A DNA stretch of 50,810 bases, taken from positions 1 through 50,810 of the forward strand of contig JBBSVT010000103.1 of assembly GCA_038046685.1 (NCBI GenBank), given 5' to 3'. The notes under the pieces are model-generated. The model had not been told where the DNA came from. It saw only the letters and a list, made by a program, of their open reading frames with translations, and searched no databases. Source of the stretch: Nanobdellota archaeon (GTDB lineage Archaea > Nanobdellota > Nanobdellia > Woesearchaeales > GW2011-AR4). Shown piece by piece: positions 47,736 through 50,810 of this stretch (position 1 is the stretch's first letter; the number at the start of each line of letters is the position of its first letter). The position numbers and the translations under genes were made by a program.

Positions 47736-49235
47736 TTACTGTCCAAATTTCAATATTTTTATATCTCTCGTCTGCAAATTCACTATTGGAACTCTGCTGG
47801 GTTCTGGATTATGTCCTACTTTCTCTTGAAAAATTGTTTTGCTCTGCCAACAGCTCCCGCATATCAATGTTGTATTGCGATAATTTGCCGTTGCGGTTTT
47901 ATGTATATGGCCGCTAAGGAAAAAGTCAGGGACAATTTCAATGGTTAACGGATCTTTTTTTGTATCTGGAATGTACAGTGTAGATAAATGTGAGGGTGCC
48001 AGATGCCTCCTTTTCAATAAAAACTTCATTATTAAATCTGCCCTGCTGTATCCTCCTTTGTTTCTTAATGTATCAACCTCTGCAACAAAATAATCAAAAG
48101 AATAGCCATGGTACATCAAAACATCAAACCCTAAAAAGTTGTTTGATGATTGGATATTAATTAAAGAGGGATTTGAGACCATAAGTACATTATTCAGCTC
48201 ATATAATGGCTTTGCAAAATTTTTTGATAATGGTGGCTGTGGTTCGGAAATACGCAAAGCGTCATGGTTTCCGGGGCAGATAATCAATGGTATGTGCTGC
48301 GGTATTTGTTTAATAAGATTTGCACATTCTTTATATTGTTGATAAATATCCTTTGTTGTTAGTTCCTTATCCTGTTCTGGGTAAATACCACATCCATCCA
48401 CCAAGTCTCCTGCTATGAATATATATTCTATATTTTTTGCTATATGTTTTTGTTGTTCATTTCCAAGGTCACCATTCACCCATTTAAGAAATTTCTCAAA
48501 ATCTTCAGGTAAAAATTTTGAGGAACCTACATGCAAGTCTGACAAAAATAATGCATATTTTTCTTGTTCTGATTTTTTCAGCTCTCTATTTGTCGGTGTA
48601 TCTGGCCAAAGAATGCTGTTTGCGAATATAAAATCACCCACATTTACTCCGACAACACCAATAACTTCATCCAACACTATATCCTTCGCATCATTAAATA
48701 AACTAGGCTTATTTTTATTTACCAGCACTTTTTTTTGTCCCGTCGGGTCTTCAAGAATTAAAAGCAAGTTGCCGTTTTTTGTTGTTTGTTTATTATTAAC
48801 CATCCCTATTATAGCCAAGTTTTCCTTTTCCTCTTTGTTGAATATTTTATTCATTGAAACTGTATTTTTCAGCTCCTGCCTTCCCTTCAAAATTTTTTCT
48901 ATTGATTTATACCTATTGTTAAAATAATCTACAAAGTCTTGCGGTTCTCTCTTCTTTGGTTCATCGTTGTAAGAATAAATTATTTTTATTTTAGGAGGCA
49001 GTTTTTGCTCTTTTTGTGTTGCCTCTTCCAGAATGTTTCTCGCATTGACCAGTTTGCTAATGTCGATATCGATGACGGGTGCATCATTATGCTTCTGTGA
49101 TTTTAGCGAGTCAAATATTTCAGAAAGTTGTTCGTGGTTATTAATCTTGCTTAATAGCTCTGAGCTTATTAAAACCTTGTTTTTTAAAAGAATGTCAACA
49201 AATTCGCGTTTTTTTTTAAATATTTCTTGTTGCAT
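47736..49235 (-). CDS. polB: DNA polymerase D small subunit (DP1, proofreading)
   Basis: OB fold (LEDPTG); SDLHVGS, GDLVDG, PGNHD, YHG, HLAP and GHIH phosphoesterase motifs. Confidence 0.96.
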   Translation of the reverse strand: MQQEIFKKKREFVDILLKNKVLISSELLSKINNHEQLSEIFDSLKSQKHNDAPVIDIDISKLVNARNILEEATQKEQKLPPKIKIIYSYNDEPKKREPQDFVDYFNNRYKSIEKILKGRQELKNTVSMNKIFNKEEKENLAIIGMVNNKQTTKNGNLLLILEDPTGQKKVLVNKNKPSLFNDAKDIVLDEVIGVVGVNVGDFIFANSILWPDTPTNRELKKSEQEKYALFLSDLHVGSSKFLPEDFEKFLKWVNGDLGNEQQKHIAKNIEYIFIAGDLVDGCGIYPEQDKELTTKDIYQQYKECANLIKQIPQHIPLIICPGNHDALRISEPQPPLSKNFAKPLYELNNVLMVSNPSLINIQSSNNFLGFDVLMYHGYSFDYFVAEVDTLRNKGGYSRADLIMKFLLKRRHLAPSHLSTLYIPDTKKDPLTIEIVPDFFLSGHIHKTATANYRNTTLICGSCWQSKTIFQEKVGHNPEPSRVPIVNLQTRDIKILKFGQ

Positions 49236-50444
49236 TTAAATACAGATACTCCTTTCCAGAATGTTTTTTACCCTTGGTAATGTTGACTGTGAGATTTCCA
49301 CCGATATGTTCCTTGTTCTTCCGTATCTTCCTTTTGATATCACTTTGGCATTTACAATTCCGAGCATATCGAATTCTGAGATTATATCAGAAACCCTTCT
49401 TTGTGTTAATACGCTTGTGTTTGTCTTGCTGCATAATGACCCGTATACCTCATACACTTCTCCAGTAAATATTGTGCTTCTTTTTTCAGACGATAAGGAA
49501 AGTATTGAGTAAAGCACAAGCTGGTACTGCTTAGGTTGTGTTGCAACCACATCAACTATCCTGTCCCTGTCTATTTTTTCTTCGGCTTCATCAATATCCG
49601 CAATAGTTATTTTTTTGGTATTTTTTCTGTCTGCAACCTCGCCAGCAACCCTCAATAGCTCAAGCGCCCTTCTAGCATCACCATGGTCGCGAGCAGCATA
49701 AGCTGCACATTTCTCTATAACCCCGTGCTCCAAGACATCTTTGTTGAATGCTAATTCTGCCCTCTGTTTTAAAATAGATTGAATCTGTAAGGCATTGTAG
49801 GGTGGAAAAACAATTTCCTCCTCAGAAAGGGAAGATTTTACTCTTGGGTCCAGATTGTCAACAAAAAGAACGTCGTTTGATATACCTATTATCGTCAACT
49901 GTTGTTCTGTGCCACCTTCATTAATCCTTGTTAGATTATAAAGCACATTGTCGCCAGTCTTACTAACCAGTTGGTCAATTTCATCTAATATAATTATATA
50001 ATTCTGCTTGTATTTGTTGATGGCTTTGAGAAAAGCCTTGTACACCTCTTCTGTTGGCAAACCTGTGGGGGGAATTGGTTTGCCCAATTCAGCTGCTAAT
50101 TGTGCAATTAATCTGTATTCTGTATCTGCGCTCCTCTTTAGTTTACAATTCACATATAATACCTTTAATGGTATTTCTTTCTTTTCTGCTACCTCCATTA
50201 GTTTTTTTGTTGTGTATTTGATGGTAAGGGTCTTCCCTGTTCCAGTTTTACCATACACAAAAAGATTGGATGGTTTATCTCCTTTTAAGGATGAGGAAAG
50301 TATATTGGCTATCTGTTTTGTTTGGTCTTCCCTGTGTAGGATTGTTTCGGGCGTATAGCCTGATTGAAGCATGCTTTTATCAAAAAAGAGGCTGTCTTTA
50401 CCGATAGATTCATCAAAAAACGCTTCTAATTCCTTTTCAGCCAT
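49236..50444 (-). CDS. cdc6: Orc1/Cdc6 replication initiator
   Basis: YGKTGTGKT, ILDEID, DPRVKSSL, GDARRAL, SKGRYGRT winged helix. ATG at 50444 preferred. Confidence 0.97.
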   Translation of the reverse strand: MAEKELEAFFDESIGKDSLFFDKSMLQSGYTPETILHREDQTKQIANILSSSLKGDKPSNLFVYGKTGTGKTLTIKYTTKKLMEVAEKKEIPLKVLYVNCKLKRSADTEYRLIAQLAAELGKPIPPTGLPTEEVYKAFLKAINKYKQNYIIILDEIDQLVSKTGDNVLYNLTRINEGGTEQQLTIIGISNDVLFVDNLDPRVKSSLSEEEIVFPPYNALQIQSILKQRAELAFNKDVLEHGVIEKCAAYAARDHGDARRALELLRVAGEVADRKNTKKITIADIDEAEEKIDRDRIVDVVATQPKQYQLVLYSILSLSSEKRSTIFTGEVYEVYGSLCSKTNTSVLTQRRVSDIISEFDMLGIVNAKVISKGRYGRTRNISVEISQSTLPRVKNILERSICI

Positions 50445-50487
50445 ACGTTTCCAAACGAAATGAAGGTATTTAAACATTTCTTTTATT

Positions 50488-50644
50488 CACCCCACCCCAC
50501 AATTTCCTGTGGAAAGTAGTGTTTGTTTTTGTTGGTTGTATTATTTTATTTTCTATATAGAAAAAATAAAATAATATATGATTATAACTAATAAATAATG
50601 TTATAAAAAAGGAAGTATGTTCCACACGAAACATGGGGGTTGGG
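50488..50644. other. Putative replication origin (oriC): two inverted ORB-like boxes flanking an AT-rich DUE
   Basis: Minus strand TTTCCACAGGAAATTGTGGGGTGGGG (50515-50490); plus strand GTTCCACACGAAACATGGGGGTTGGG (50619-50644); AT-rich 50516-50610; adjacent to cdc6. Confidence 0.8.
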
Positions 50645-50713
50645 ATACCGATTTGTTACTTTATAATAATAAAAACCGATAGATATTTAAATATTGGAGA
50701 ATTACTAAACAAC

Positions 50714-50810
50714 ATGCAAACCACAAACATTGAAAGCAAACTAAAATCCTTTGGACTAAACCTCTACGAAGTAAAAATATGGACAGCTTTGCTCAGCAGG
50801 GGGGTTTCTA
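50714..50810 (+). CDS. TrmB-family HTH regulator (5' part, runs off the window)
   Basis: MQTTNIESKLKSFGLNLYEVKIWTALLSRGVS matches the TrmB N-terminal pattern GLxxYExxxxxxL. Confidence 0.7.
   Translation, partial: MQTTNIESKLKSFGLNLYEVKIWTALLSRGVS

Noticed and set aside
38019-50444. Inteins in MCM, DP2 or Cdc6 (also checked RadA)
   Set aside because: Lengths are normal and the usual insertion-site motifs are uninterrupted.
1-50810. CRISPR array, rRNA, diversity-generating retroelement or provirus
   Set aside because: No regularly spaced repeats, rRNA-like GC-rich tract, reverse transcriptase, TR/VR pair, integrase or capsid gene was seen by eye.

Overview
AT-rich archaeal chromosomal segment, most consistent with a DPANN (Woesearchaeota-like) genome; this is an inference from gene content and protein families. 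The right end holds a likely replication origin (two inverted ORB-like boxes around an AT-rich DUE) directly upstream of a cdc6-DP1-DP2 operon, with mcm, an RPA2-like gene, tbp, rnp3 and aIF-2beta nearby. The left end has thpR, rps2, a bacterial-type gpsA plus two plsC-family acyltransferases, radA, relBE and an RPA1-like gene. The middle (about 8-36 kb, minus strand) is a large surface-structure locus. It has 17 genes with class III (prepilin-like) signal peptides, one fused to an M15A peptidoglycan-peptidase domain, two giant Cys-rich proteins and an Lnt-like acyltransferase. The locus is interrupted by a broken beta-helix/metalloprotease gene carrying nested IS481 and IS1634 elements, and by a 103-bp IS1-like MITE. 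The best novelty candidates are (i) a possible bacteria-targeting lifestyle (pilin-borne M15 peptidase, G3P ester-lipid operon, Lnt), (ii) two ~770-bp single-gene cassettes 38 kb apart that share boundary motifs with co-varying GTT/AAC ends, and (iii) structured 5' leaders on rps2, the radA operon and tbp.
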